Shown in pieces: positions 11,601 to 23,600 of a stretch of 64,000 bases of DNA. The notes beneath the pieces are model-generated. The model was not told where the DNA came from, made no database searches, and saw only the letters and a program-made list of their open reading frames with translations. This DNA comes from Lama guanicoe (lineage: Eukaryota), in NCBI GenBank assembly GCA_013239625.1, contig MU054220.1, positions 1,479,509-1,543,508 of the forward strand, in the 5' to 3' direction. The position numbers and the translations under genes are program-made. Numbering within the stretch: position 1 is the stretch's first letter; every line of letters begins with the position of its first letter.

Positions 11601-14587
11601 CTTTCATAAATAATTGAAGCCATGGTTTGTCGATACATTTTTTAAAAGATGATCAAAGACAGGTTGACAAGTCATTAGGGCTTCTTTAGCAGGCGAGGAA
11701 AACAGGCAAAAGAGCATTAAAAAACCTTCAGATATCTCTGCTCAGGGGTAAGAACATTTATTTGGGATCTGTTAAATGGTCCTTTTGATTTAATTTCACA
11801 TATTTCCTTTTATAGCAGTTGGTGCTGAAAATTCAGAAAAAGTAGATGAAAATTCAGACAAAGAGATGGAAGTAGAAGAATCTCCAGAAAAGATAAAAGT
11901 ACAAACAGCACCTAAAGTAGAAGATGAACAAGATTTGAAAGTATGTATCTTTTTTTAATTTTTATTTATTTTAATTTAGGGGGGAGGTAAGAAAGTGTAT
12001 CTTAATGCAACTTGACAAATAAATATTTTTAAATTGCCTAAACTTTGAACTACTTTCTTTTAGCAAATAGTGAAAAGTAACTTTACTGTCTTTAAATGTA
12101 AATCATTTATTGGGTTAGGTGAAAAGGTTGTATTTAAGGCTGAAGTAAGAAGTTGCAAGACTAATTTGATGTAGAGAAATTATCTAAAAATAAATCCTAA
12201 ATGCATAATTCCTTCTTACAAGTAAGGCTCCATTGGAAAGCAGTCGCTTGTTAAATATAGGCTTCCCTAGTTTGGAAGTACTAAAGAGACTGAAGTCACT
12301 AATTTAATTCCTGCATGAACTACTTGCCCTTACACAAAGGCATATTTGGTTCCAATTTCATTTCTGTTCCTAATGTCTTGAGAATTGGACCAGGTAAGTA
12401 TATGGCTATTTAAGTGTGGTCTGTTGGAAAAACCACTTATATTCTTTTGACTTGAAAGATTTATCGAGTCATTAGTGTACAACCATGTAGGTGGGACTGG
12501 CGGGATTATTTTGTTCACTGTGCACTAGAGTAAGCAATTAGTAATGGATAAATGATAGTTTGGACAGTATTAGGAGTTGTGTCATTTAGAATCTATTTTC
12601 ATCTTACATGTTGTGTTAGAAAATGTATCTAATTTCTCTAGACCTTGCATCATTATTTATCACTTTGTTGTGTGAATTATTTTATTATAAATTAGGATTT
12701 TATCTTCCAGATAATTAACTGCAGTATTTGAGAAAAGCTGTTTCTAGGCAGACCCATTTTTCTAGTATCTGTAATGATAAATGAAAGACTTTACATAATA
12801 AAAAAAATTGCTAATTCTATCTTTCTTTGTTCTTTTTTTCTTTCCTGCATTACAGTTTCAGATTGGAGAACTGGCAAATACCCTGACAAGTAAATTTGAA
12901 TTCTTAGGCATTAATAGACAGTCCATCTCCAACTTTCATGTGCTGCTTTTACAGACTGAGGTAATTTAGCTGTTTTTGGTATAAATAGTCAATATTTGAA
13001 GGAAATGCTGTGTGTGAGAAATCTGTCTTATGTTTCGATCCTAAATTTAAATTTTTAATCTTGGTATGCATTTGAACCACCCCTACCCAGGAAATAAAAC
13101 TATGTACTGGGCAAAACAAAACATAATTATGAAATTAAATACTGAAAGTTTGTGCATACTGATGATACGAACCACCTTCAATAGGCATATATTTTAATAC
13201 GGTTTTTTCCTAATAAAATTCTGTTCATAATGACGATGAGACCACCATATAATGCTGAAAGTACCTTCTAAGTGCTAAAGCATTATAAACCAATTTTGAA
13301 AAAAGTTCTGAGTCTTATTTGTAACCTGTGTACTTTATAATAAATAGCAGGGTAGGAACAGGTAGTGAATTCCTGTAGGAAGTTGACTAATTTCCCTAAG
13401 AACCAAACCTTTAATTTTGATTAACACTATTACTGAATTGAGTGAACTGTCTACCCAAAAAGTAAAATTTGGGGAACCATCTTAATACTTAAGGTCCAAA
13501 GCAGGAAACAAAACTGCTGCTACTCATTTTTACAGGTATTGGAGATTTGGCAGTACTAGGGTCCAGTATCATTTTTCAGAACTCTGCAGAAAACAAGACT
13601 TTTTATGAAATTAAAATGGGATTTTTTTTTTCTGTTTGGTCTGTTCTCCTGCCAGAGTATGCAGTCATGGACCAGAAGACTTAACATCTTTTTTACCTCT
13701 GCCTCTTGACATAATAGTAAGTCTCTAACTTAACTGCTTTGTTGATTTTAGACACGGATTGCGGACTGGCGGGAAGGGGCTCTTAATGGAAACTACCTTA
13801 AACGAAAGCTTCAGGATGCAGCAGAACAACTAAAACAGTATGAAATAAACGCCACTCCTAAAGGCTGGTCCTGCCACTGGGACAGGTACGCACTCTTCTC
13901 CCCTTTTCACCTTTCACCTTTGACATCTCAGACATGATTTGTGATCACCACCACCTGACGACCTGACAGCCTGTCTGGAGACTGAGAGCAGCTGCGTTAG
14001 CGGTGCTGGGCAGGCAAAGCACCGCAAGCACTTACAGAGTTTGGGCCAGCCACACGTTGGAGAAACAAAAACAATGTTTAAAGTGTTCCATGTAACGGAT
14101 TTTTTCCCAAGATTGGACAAAGCTGGTTTTCACTCCAGAGTGTTGTTGCACGGAGTAGGGCGGGCTTGGGGGTTAAGCGCATGCGAGAGCTCTGTGCGCT
14201 TTACAGGACCTCTGGAAGCAACTACTCCTGATTAACCTCGGTGAAGTTAAGGAAAGCTTCGAGGCTGAAGATGTGAATGAAGAACAAGATTACTATCTTC
14301 TGCCAGCAGGTCAGATGAAAACATTTCTTTTTATATTTGGCTTTTCTTGATTTTTTTTTTTTCGTTATTTGAAATCTTTGCTCTTTTATTTTTCAGCTCC
14401 CAGATCCTCTCCCTCTCTTTAGCTTTCACTGTGTTTGATACCAAGAGTATGAAATGTGAATTCCACGGTTCAAGAGGGGAAGAGTCACCTTTGGCAAACT
14501 TCGTTGTTCTCTTCTTTGGAAGGGAAATTAGTGTTCTAGGAAATTGAGTCCCTTCGCTAATGAAACATGAAACCCTGTTAAGCATTG

Positions 14588-14620
<33 letters not shown>

Positions 14621-17600
14621 AACATGTGAGAGGTGTTTTCTAAGTCATCTGTTGGAGTAAGAGGGCTCAGGGCTGTATTCACAGAGCTGCTGGCAGTGCA
14701 AATAGCTTTGAATTATCCTTGGTTCTCCATCCTCAATTGTCAAAGCTCTTTGTTGCCTTTGTGAATAGCAGTCCATTAAGAAGAGGTTCGTCCCTGTGAG
14801 AGCAGACTGCTGTCCTGGGACAGGACCAAATGAAAGTGTCTTTGTAGGAGAATGGGTCTTAAAACATGCGTTTTCTTTCTTGTAATTTAGGGATCATAGA
14901 CGATATTTCTATGTAAACGAACAATCGGGCGAGTCTCAGTGGGAGTTCCCAGATGGTGAGGAGGAAGAGGAAGACAGCCAAGCACAAGAAAATAGAGACG
15001 AGACTCTTCCTAAACAGACCTTGAAAGACAAAACTGGCACTGACTCAAATTCTACAGAATCTTCTGAGAATTCCACAGGTGGGACAGTTTACCCTGTATT
15101 AATTGGAGAGAAATGATTTTAGAGAAAAAATAATAATACATGAAAGAAAATAATTTAAATCATAATCACAGAAATTTCTAACTAAAAAATACGGGCTTGC
15201 CCTTTAAAAAAAATTGAATGCAGGAGTTATATTGAAGAAAGCTTAAGCAATGACTAGTTGGAAATAAGCATATTATTGATACCAGACTGCTAAAAAATGA
15301 CATGATGAGCTAATGTATTTTGATTTTAAAAGATTGTCCTATAACCACTCTGTCAAGCCACAAACAAAGCTGTGGATGTCCAATAACAGGAATTCTAATT
15401 AATGCTAAGGAACCAGATACTTAAATTATCAGTATCTGTGTGGAGCAATAAGAGATTAGTTCTGCCTCTCTGTAGAACATGTAATCTATTGATTTTGCAA
15501 CCTCATTTTTCCACTCCACTAGTCCCCTAAGAAGTATGGTTGTTAACAAACCAAAATGATCTTATGCTGTGAAACTTGGACCATACTTGTTTCAGAGAAG
15601 GAAGATAATTGATCATTGCAAATCACCACCAATATTCTAGTATAAAATAGTCAAGGTGGCTCAATCCAGTTAAAGTACTCTTAGAGAACTTCAGTTTGGT
15701 TATATAATTTTTTTAAAAAGCACAAAAACTTACATAGTTCCTCAGTTACTCAGAATCTGAAGAGCCATGGCTTGATTTCCACTTTGTGAAAGAAGATAAT
15801 GTTTTTTCCAAATTCCATCTTTTTTGGAATGACAAAAATAAGTGGATGATGAAGCATAGTCAAGACTATGATGAAGAAATAACCTTTTGATTTAAAAAAC
15901 TGGTAGATATTTGTTTAAATGATGGATATTTGTTTAAATGATGGCATATGAAGGTAAGAATCTGTGGAATGGTTCTAAAGTCATGTCATAAATCTTTGGG
16001 AACTATATTCAATATCTTGTAATAACCCATAATAGAAAAGAATCTGAAAAAGAATATATATACACACACACACGTGTGTATAGCTGAATCACTTTGCTGT
16101 ATACCTGAAACACTGTAAATCAACTATACTGCAGATTTTTTTAATTAAATGAAAATTAAATCCTAAACCTTTGAGGATAAAAAGGTACAGAATTTTTTTG
16201 TAGGATAGTGGGTAATGACGTGAGTTCTTTTGCTTGTCAAAAATGTCTTGTATTCTGCTGGCTCAGCAATCCCAATAGAAAAGTTCTGATAATGTACCAC
16301 ATAAAACTGGTCATGTACCAATAATTTTGTTAACTTCTTAATAGCCCAGGAATCATCATGAGGTCACTCAAAATAGACACCTATGACTGCAGTGATTAAT
16401 TTTAGAACATAGCAAAAGAATCATTTGCTGCTTCATATTTCAGAAAAACATTTTCTTAAGGCATAGGGTTTACCATTTTCATGAAGAGATTTTCTTCAGA
16501 TTACTTCCTCATTCTTTGAGTAGCAATGGTAGATATGTCTCTAGTAAGTTGTTTTTGTTTGTCTATTAGTAGTTAACTAAACTGAAGAGGCTTTGATGGT
16601 GGTTCTCGTTTGGTGATTCCCATCTTGACCACTGTCTGATGTCCCTTGTATGTTCCAAAGTTGAAGATTATAGAGTTGCCAGCTCTTAAGTGTTTGTGAA
16701 TACCTTAGAGTTAAGTATTAAGTTATTTTCTCTCTTTGTTGATGACACACACAGTTGGTACTGTCTGCTCAGGGAAAAAGCCACTAGTAAACCAGCTTAT
16801 ATACATAAGTCTCTTTATTGAGAGCTACTAAAACCTCATGATAAACTCGATCTAAATAAAATCCAAGTCCTTTATTACCAAGGTCTTTGGAATTGAAGAG
16901 CAATACTAATCACTGTTTTAATCCTATAAAGAAAGTTTATAATGCATGCTTTTGTCAGCCCAACTGTGATTAAAATCTTTAAAAAAAAAAAAACTACATT
17001 GAGAAGCAAAGAAGTTTCAAAATTTTGTTCATTTTTAATCCTTGTTCATTGTTCGGTGTTTAACATTATGTCTCTAACAATGAGCAATATTTCAAGATAT
17101 CCAGTATGTCTTGTTGGGCTTTTGTCAGGGTAAGTTTGGCTGCTTTTCCAAAAAAGTCTCCATGGAGCTATTATTTATTTATTCTTGATTTAAACTGGGA
17201 AATTCTTGCCTCAAAATGCTAAGCAGTAATAATTTTGGGAGAGACTGTAGAAAAACAATAAAGGAAGCCTGGTTTCCTATTTATATAGAAATAAAGATGT
17301 ATGGGAAAATACATGTTCTTGGAGAATTCAAAATTTGTATCCCGACACTATTCTGTTTTTAAGCTTAAACTTTAAAAAAATTTATTAGCACGTAATAAAG
17401 CTTTGTGTATCATTTTAATCTTTGGACTTCAGACTTAGTGTTCTCTTAAGTGAGAAAATACACCAAGTGGGTTAAATTTAGAAATTTTAAAAAACATTAT
17501 GTAATATGACATCTATGGATATTCAAACTAGGATTTTTTGAAATTCTTTGTATTTAAGCTAAAGGAGATAATTATCAATGTTAAGATATGGCTTTTACAT

Positions 17601-20600
17601 TTTGAGTAAACTTAGTTTGGGATTTAAATATTAACTAAAAATGTTCCTTGTATGATCTAAAATTATCAAGTCTAGTTTGTGTCCTATTTACCCAAAGCTG
17701 AATTAATTCTGATATAACTTTGTTGAAGGTTGTAAACCATATTATTAACCTTGAACCTACTGTGTTTCCTTGATTTCCTCTGCATAGCAGCTTCTCACCA
17801 CCATAAACGTACCACTGTTGCATTGTGCTTCTAGATGAGTAACTTATCAATGTATAAAATCTGACAAATTTATTTGTCTACCATGTTGTGGTTGGTTTAG
17901 TAAAAAGAAGTTTAGTTAAGTTATTAATCTTGAATATTTGTTACCTTAGTCCTGTTGTAATCTTGATGTACTGTTATTATGTAATGTAGACTGTCTGCCC
18001 ATACCCAGACTGTAAAAGTTAGTGTAGAAATTCATATTAGGTATGATCAAATACAAAGATTTAATGAGGTATTTGAAGTCTTTCAGTTGGAAGAATGCAA
18101 TCTTGATTGCTGGTGAATTTTTTTCAGTGCCCTTTTCCTTAATAGTAAGCAGTTTCTCAAAATAATTAGAGTAACCATGTGAATCACGTTCTATAAAGTC
18201 TTTTACATAATGTATCATTTATCTGTTCCATAAGGAAAGCTGTTCTAAAAGCCAGATGGTTCATGGTTGCTTTGGTTTTACATTGTTGAGTGCTGTCTGA
18301 TGTATTTTAAGCAAAGTAATAAGGTAAAAGGCCTTATCCTTGACCTAGAGCCTTTTATAATAGTCCTTCTTTAACCCGTTTTGACCATGAAGTTTGACAG
18401 GTGACTGCATCTGGATCTCTACTCCATGAGAAGTGAAATTTATTTGGGATTTCTAAAGCTCTTGGACTCCTGATATTTCACCAGGACATCTTGTTAAATT
18501 AGCACTAGACTAGGGGTCAGAAATGGCCACTAAGAGCTGTATGATCTTGGGCAAGTCATTTCCCTCCTGGGTTTCACTACCTTTAAAACAAGAGGGTTAA
18601 TTAGATGATTTCTCATGTCTCTTCTACTCCTAAATTCTATGATTTTAGGGAGAAAATCCCCTTCAACATTCCTGGGATATATAATAGTCCCATATATTGT
18701 GAAACTTCCCTATTGACGATAAAGAGGGATGGGGAAGGCTACAAGTAAGTATATCTTCCTGTTTTCTCTAATCTTTAAAGCTTTTCCCAGCAGAGAATGG
18801 ACAGTAATTAACTATAGCTCTTACAGATTTTGAAGAAACCTAACCCTGCAGTTCCTCAGCTGTAATTTAACTTCTACAGCAATTTCAAATCCTCTGTATC
18901 CTGAAAACATTCTTTCGTGTATTATCATTTATCATTAATTATCCTTTACCTTGAAGATTCATTTTCCTAAATTTCCCTTTTTCTCATCACAGAAATAAAA
19001 AAATTACCCTCCGATTTGTTGCTGTGATTTAGCAAATGAATAATTCACACAAAGGTGTGAAGGAATGATAGGGTTGACAATACCACCTTGCAACTGGATT
19101 TATAAAACTTAGTAACTCAAATTAATTAGAACGGGTAAAATTTGAATGAGTACTTCTCTGGGTCATCTCCAATCACTTATGCAGCTCACTAAAAATAAGA
19201 TACATGGAATCAGTGTTGCAGATACACATCATTCACTTCTTCACTTTTGAAATAAAAACCCTAGAATGTTACTTTCTGGTTGTGTATCTTTGAAATAAAA
19301 ACTTCAGGTTCAGATGACTGAATTTCTCATTGAGTTGATGTGATGTGCTTCATTTACTCATCCATAAATGTGGACCGAAAAAAAGAGACTAGTGTAACAC
19401 AGTTGGGGTGAGTGCTAAGTATAAATACTATAAATTGATCTTTTTACGGAAGCCATTTTTGAACTGAGTTTAATATTTATGACATCACTGTAGAATAGAT
19501 GTCTGTGGGACAAATTTTGTCTCACCAATCAATTGAACATTTTTGTGTTCATGGAGTTTTAGTCTTGCTTTTCCCCTGACTCCTATTTGTTTTCATAGGT
19601 TCTCTTTGTAAAGAGTCCTTTTCTGGCCAAGTTTCTTCTTCATCACTCATGCCACTTACTCCATTCTGGACCCTCCTTCAGTCAAATGTGCCTGTGCTTC
19701 AGCCTCCGTTACCTTTGGAAATGCCACCACCTCCACCTCCGCCTCCAGAATCCCCTCCTCCCCCTCCTCCTCCTCCTCCCCCTGTAGAAGATGGTGAGAT
19801 CCAGGAGGTAGAGATGGAGGATGAGGGAAGTGAGGAGCCTCCTGCCCCAGGAACAGAGGAGGATACTCCATTGAAACCTTCAGCACAAACCACAGTTGTA
19901 ACTAGCCAGGTGAGAAATGCCATTTGACATTCTGAAGAGTTTTGGGGACTTGGGGCATGATCAACACTATGTTTTATTTTAAAAGAGGATGTTTTTAACC
20001 AGGGCCTTTAGCCACTGACCTGAATCTCTGTTTCAGAGTTCAGCTGATTCTACCATCTCTAGTTCTTCTTCCACTAAAGCGATAAAGAGAAAAGCTACAG
20101 AAATTAGTACTGCAGTAGTTCAGAGATCAGCTACCATTGGTAGCTCTCCAGTCCTCTACAGCCAGTCTGCCATAGCTGCGGGTAAGCATCGTGATGAAAG
20201 TGTATTTTCATCAATGTATTATCTCTGTTTCCAGCATTAAATGTCATAAGTTGAAGAAATGTTAAGGGCTTTTTATTGGAAAATCTGTTTATGTGCATTT
20301 CCAGATTGTTTTCTGTACATTTACATAACATCAGTGATCTTGATGTTCAACTACCTTAATGCTAAAATACTACTCAAAAATTAGTTTTTTGCCACCATAA
20401 AATGTGGCTGTATTTTTGAGGAAAAAGTATATTAGACTCATTTTTTAGGTGATCTAACCCCCAATCCCCTTTCCCTTCTTCTTGGCTTTGTCACAGTGTC
20501 CTTTTTATAGTTTCATTTAATGTTTTTTATGTTAGGTCACCAGGCGGCGGGGATTGGACACCAGTCTGCAGGAGTTGGACACCAAGCAGTATCAGTTAGC

Positions 20601-23600
20601 CATCCAGCAACAGGAATGGGTCATCAGGCCAGAGGAATGAACCTGCAGTCAAATTACCTGGGACTAGCATCAGCTCCTGCAATTATGAGCTATGCTGAAT
20701 GTTCTGTCCCAATGGCAGTGACTGCTCCCACACTGCAGCCAGTCCAGGCCCGAGGTGCTGTGCCTACCACTGCCATCATAGAACCACCGCCACCTCCTCC
20801 ACCTCCTCCCCCTCCTCCACCACCGCCAGCTCCCAAAATGCCACCACCTGAGAAGACAAAAAAAGGAAAGAAAGAAAAGGTATAGTCAGTCTCTTTAAAT
20901 TTTTACTGAAAGTTTTTGTTTTTTTGTGATATTTAAAGTATGCAATTCAGAGGGGGTGGGTATAGCTCAGTGGTAGAACGCATGCTTAGCATGCTCGAGG
21001 TCCTAGGTTCAATCCCTGGTACTTCCATTAAAAATAATGTGGTGCATTCACCACCTCTTATCTCTATTACATAACATTTTCATAGCTCCAAAAGAGAACC
21101 CATACCCATTAAGTAGTCAGTCCTTATTACCCCAGTCTCCTGGTTTTATTACTTCCCATTTTCTAAAAAACTTATTAAACCCATCCTGGTGGGTATGAAG
21201 TGGTATCTCATTGCGGGAATTTTTGTATCTCTGGTGAGTAATTATGTTGAGCATCTTTTCATTTGCCTTTTGGCCATTTTGTTTCTCTTTGGAGAAATGT
21301 CTACTCAAGTCTTTTGTCTATTTTTTAATTGGATTTTTGGCTTTTTGTTGTAAGACTTGTAAGAGTTCCATATATATTACAGGTACAAGTCCCTTATAAG
21401 ATTCATGATTTGCAAATATTTTCTCCCATCCTGTGAGTTACTTTTTCACACTGATAGTGTGCTTTGATACACAAAAATTTTTGGTTTTGTTATAAACTTA
21501 CTGGGGTTTTTTGGGGGGGGGGGTGTTTATTTGTTTCATTTTTGCTGTGCTTTTAATGTCATCTCTAACAATTCATTGCTAGATCCTAGATCATGAAAAC
21601 TTACTCCTATGTTCTCTTCTAAGAACTTTATAGTTTTAGCACTCACATTTAAGTTCTTGGTCCATTATTAATTTTGTAGGGTGTCAGGTAAAGATCCAGT
21701 TTTATTCTAAGTGTGGATATCCTGTTGTCCCAGCACCGTTTGTTGAAGAGACCATTCTTTCCCCCATTGAATGGGAGACCTTAACTAAAATTAGTTCACA
21801 ATAGACATATGGGTTTATTCCATTGGTATGTATGCCAGCAGTACACTTTATTAACAAATTTTTTTTTCATTATTACTTTTTATTTAGTGGAGGTACTGGG
21901 GATCAAACCCATGACCTCATACATGCTAAGCATGCACTCTACCACTGAGCTGTACCTTCCCCCCTCACTTTTTTGATTGCTATAATTTTGTAGTATGTTT
22001 TTGAATTTGAGAAGTGTGAGTTCTCTGACTTAGTGCTTCTTTTTCAGTATTGGCTATTTAGGCCCCCTTGTAATTTCATATGAATTTAAAGGTCAGCTTT
22101 TCTGTACCAACATAAAAGGCCTTGGAAATTTGATAGGGATTGATTTAATCTGTAGATTGCTTGGGTCATATTACCCACTTAACAGTACTGAATCTTTCAA
22201 TCTGTGAGCACAGGATTCTTTTCCTTATAAGTCTGTCATTCAGCAGTGTTTTATAGTTTTCCATGTACAGCTCTTTCACATCTTTCACTGAAATTATTCT
22301 CAATTATTTTATTCTTTTGCATGCTACTGTTAAGTGTTAAGCTACTTTTATAATTATATAATATCCTTTATCTCTCTTAAAACAGTTTTTAACTTTAAAT
22401 CTATTTTTTTTATATTAATCCATTTACTCCTTTCTCTTGGTTACTATGTTCATGGAATGTGTTTTTCTGTCCTTTCACTTTCACTTATGTATGTCCTTAG
22501 ATATAAAATGAATTTCTTACAGACATGATGAATTGGATTCTGTTTTTTAAATCCATTCTGCCAGTATGTTTTGTGATTATATAGTTTAATCCATTTACAT
22601 TTAGTAAATTATTAGTACACTGTAGTAATTACTGATAGGGAAGAATTTACTATTCCTTTTCATTTTCTGTATGTCCTAATAGCTTTTTTTGGTCCCTCAT
22701 TTCCTCCCTTAGTGCCTTCTTTTGGGTTTAGTAAATTTTTTTCAGTGACACATTTTAGTTTCTTTTTCATTTCCTTTTATGTATATTCTGTATTTGTTTA
22801 CTTTGTGGTTATGGTGGAAATTACGTATATTTATTTTAAACTGACACAGCCAATTGCAGAGAAAAACTCGACTCCCATGTAGATGCACCCCTGCCCCAAC
22901 AGCTATTATGTTATTGATGTTCCAGATTACGTCTTTATATGTTGTGTACCCATTACCCATTAACTTGGATTTGTAATTATTTTTTATGCCTTTGTTTTTT
23001 AAAGTCTGTAAAATAAAAAGGAGAATTATGAGCCAAAATCAGAATAATACTGACTTTTATGTTTGTCCTTGTATTTACCTTTACCAGAGAATGTTAAATT
23101 TTTGTGACAAGTTACTGTGTGCTTTCTTTTTTCTTCTTTTTTTGTATTTTTTTTTTTTAATGAAGTGTAGTCAGTTTACAGTGTTGTGTCAGTTTCTGGG
23201 ATACAGCACAATGCTTCAGTCATACATGAATATATATATATATATATATATTTGTTTTCATATTCTTTTTCCATCTTTTCATTTCAACTTGAAAGAGTCC
23301 CTTTAGCATTTCTCGTAGGGCAAGTCTAGGGTTAATGAATTTTCTCAGCTTTTGTTTATCTAGAAATGTCTGAATTTTTCTCTCTCATTTATGAAGGACA
23401 ATTTTGCCTGGTATAGAATTCTCTGGTGGACAGTTTTTTTCTTTGATCTCTTTAAATACAATTTTCTCATTGCTTTCTGGCCTGCAAGATTTCTTCCAGA
23501 AATTCTCTTATGTCATCTTACTAAGGATCCCTCATATAAAACAAGTCACTTTTTTTTTTTCCTGCTTTCAATATTCTTTTTTGCTTTTGACTGATAATGT

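Noticed and set aside
13925..13990. C/D-box snoRNA-like motifs (GTGATCA ... CTGA x3) in FNBP4 intron 11
   Set aside because: C box imperfect, terminal stem overlaps the D box and no guide recognised; would need snoscan/Rfam support
17110..17136. tttgtcag G gtaagt (recursive or 1-nt exon-like site)
   Set aside because: Poor polypyrimidine tract, AG and GT offset by one base, short intron; likely chance
19656..19923. Antisense poly-Gly and poly-Glu ORFs
   Set aside because: Shadows of the FNBP4 poly-Pro exon
20952..21027. tRNA-Ala(AGC)-like cloverleaf
   Set aside because: Mismatched acceptor and D stems, A-rich tail and several diverged copies with TSDs: a SINE, not a tRNA gene
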